Positions 62,307-64,000 of a stretch of 64,000 nt of DNA are shown here, in pieces. The notes under the pieces were generated by a model. The model ran no database searches. It saw only the letters and a list, made by a program, of their open reading frames with translations, and had not been told where the DNA came from. The position numbers and the translations under genes are program-made. The first letter of the stretch is position 1, and each line of letters opens with the position of its first letter. Source of the DNA: Rhizodiscina lignyota (Eukaryota); contig ML978143.1 in the NCBI GenBank assembly GCA_010015805.1, positions 186,001 to 250,000 of the forward strand, written 5' to 3'.

Positions 62307-62800
62307 CGCGTCGTGAATCCACTGAAGACAGCGCTATGACAGTTGGTCATGAGAGAAGGTCTGGTGACAGCATCAGCGCAGCAAATGAGTCGCGGTAGAT
62401 GCTTTGTCGAGCGCGGAACTTAGAAGGCGTGATGCTGGGGAAAGGTGAAGTTGCGCGCTAATGCGGAAGATTGAATGGCTCCGGAAGCGGCTCTGCCGAG
62501 GTTTTGCCGCACAATAGCTCCATTCTCGCGACATCGCGACTCTCACTTTCTCCAACCCCAACTCCATCTCAACCCACGCAACACAGCACCGCCTCACCAC
62601 ACAGCTCAACGTCAACCGACTATATACACTCCACCTTCCAGCCTCTCGGGGCAGCAGCCACACTTCCCCGACGCTCCAGAGCATGATAACAACGTCATAG
62701 CGTGTGAATCACAGACCGAACGCCGGCAGCCCTTGCCGCGCCTTCTGTTCTGTGCTTCCCACCACATCTCACATCTGCTCCGTCACATTTAATCACGAGC

Positions 62801-64000
62801 ATGGCACAACCTTTCGAGTATCCTCCGACCAAGAGGGTCCGGATGGATGAAGCTGGCTCGCCGCATCCTGTCACGCCTTACGCATCATCACCATCTCCCA
62901 TAACTCCGCAGATCCAGACTCCGCAAATCCAGCTACCGATAGCGCCGAATCCGTACTCTTTCAATACTCCACAGCCAATACACATGCCTGGTGAGATGGC
63001 TCCGCCTATTGGCACTCCAGGAGGTGTGATGGGTCCGCCGCAGCGTCCAGCCGACAAACCAGTAGAGAAACAGGGTCGCGATCAGGGCACGGACATGAAT
63101 GCGCTCACCGATGTCATGTTTGGTACTGGTGTGAATCTCAAAGACGAAGAGGCTGCGATGCAAGCCAGCTATCGCGACAGCCTCTCTCAGTCTTTCGGTT
63201 CATTCAATACCCAAACAACAGGTACCATCACACCTAGTGGTAGCTTTGGTGCTTCACAGCCCTACTCCTTTCCTTCATCAGGTCTTTCAAGCCAGCGACC
63301 AGTATCACAGCAATCGATTGATGATGAACTAGCTGCAAGACACAAGCAGGTAGCACGACAGTACAACGAGCGAAAGTCCGCACCTCTCTACGACCCTTTC
63401 CTGCAGATGAACACGCTGCGGATCAAGGTGCAGGACAAGGCATACGATAATGGCGTGAAGACAGACCTTGGAGGTGTCTACTACAAGAACCCAGACCCTG
63501 GTACAACTTCTTCAGGCGTCGCCGGCGTGGGCCCAGATGGTATTGGAGTCATTGCCGCTGCTGCACATCATTCACCAAGTTCATGGCTTGCAGCTAATGC
63601 GCAATTGACAGAGTTGCTCTCCCTTCTTTCTCTTGCTGCGAATGAGCGCCTTCGAAACATCACCGAAGACGCGTATGAGCTGGCTAGAAACCGTCAGGCG
63701 AACAGTCATGGTGTCGTGGACCCAAACTGGACGTCATTGGCAACTGGAGGTGGAAAGGCAAGCAACACCTCTGCGGTGCCTCTTTCGGTCACGAAGACAG
63801 CGTGGGACCGACAGCCTGGTACAGTTGTGCCTTCGAAGCGGCCGTTAGAGGATTCCTTGCAAAACCACAACCGACTTCCTACCCCTCCATCTGAACCATC
63901 GCCGACGCCGAAGCCAACAGTGTCCTATGCCAACAACCTCGCCACGGTTCTTCGAGGTCTCTCTCAGGAGGATCATCAGGCAGAAGAAGCTCGTATTGCG
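62801..64000 (+). CDS. TAF4: TFIID subunit 4 (3'-truncated by window edge)
   Basis: Manual translation: MAQPFEYPPTKRVR..MGPPQRPADK..TDMNALTDVMFGTGVNLKDEE..LYDPFL..LSLLSLAANERLRNITEDAYELARNRQ (histone-fold region); frame appears open to the window end. Confidence 0.8.
   Translation, partial: MAQPFEYPPTKRVRMDEAGSPHPVTPYASSPSPITPQIQTPQIQLPIAPNPYSFNTPQPIHMPGEMAPPIGTPGGVMGPPQRPADKPVEKQGRDQGTDMNALTDVMFGTGVNLKDEEAAMQASYRDSLSQSFGSFNTQTTGTITPSGSFGASQPYSFPSSGLSSQRPVSQQSIDDELAARHKQVARQYNERKSAPLYDPFLQMNTLRIKVQDKAYDNGVKTDLGGVYYKNPDPGTTSSGVAGVGPDGIGVIAAAAHHSPSSWLAANAQLTELLSLLSLAANERLRNITEDAYELARNRQANSHGVVDPNWTSLATGGGKASNTSAVPLSVTKTAWDRQPGTVVPSKRPLEDSLQNHNRLPTPPSEPSPTPKPTVSYANNLATVLRGLSQEDHQAEEARIA

Noticed and set aside
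1..64000. tRNA, rRNA, CRISPR arrays, intact transposons
   Set aside because: No cloverleaf/A-B box pattern, spacer array, transposase/RT ORF or LTR/TIR pair seen by eye; small RNAs could have been missed without covariance searches.

Overview
Eukaryotic DNA from a filamentous ascomycete (Pezizomycotina; short 50-65 nt GT-AG introns with CTRAY branch sites). About 24 protein genes can be reconstructed by hand. Conserved genes: DUS1, a PuuE-like polysaccharide-deacetylase-fold protein, a cytochrome P450, an amidase, glutamate decarboxylase, a Zn2Cys6 transcription factor, adenine deaminase, a DUF1989 protein, DRS1, a 2OG-Fe(II) oxygenase, a DUF4045/gelsolin protein, ARL2, a GNAT protein, YSH1 and TAF4. 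Fast-evolving accessory genes (three F-box-like, one HET-domain) are interspersed. The most unusual structure is in the first 8.3 kb: five highly divergent paralogs, plus a probable relic sixth. They share a CxxC..CxxH-x..(W/Y)xCC..(G)C..H zinc-binding module (CHORD/Btk/REXO1-like) split by a phase-1 intron at the same position. One copy likely uses a GC-AG intron, one is frameshifted, and ACGCGT (MCB-type) clusters lie upstream of several copies. Other points: a perfect UaY-type TCGG-N6-CCGA site upstream of the PuuE-like gene, a long intron splitting the YSH1 catalytic motif, a 722-nt 5'UTR intron in the TF gene, and single lesions in several accessory genes. No rRNA, tRNA, CRISPR or intact transposon was recognised. 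All calls come from reading the sequence; no database searches were run.
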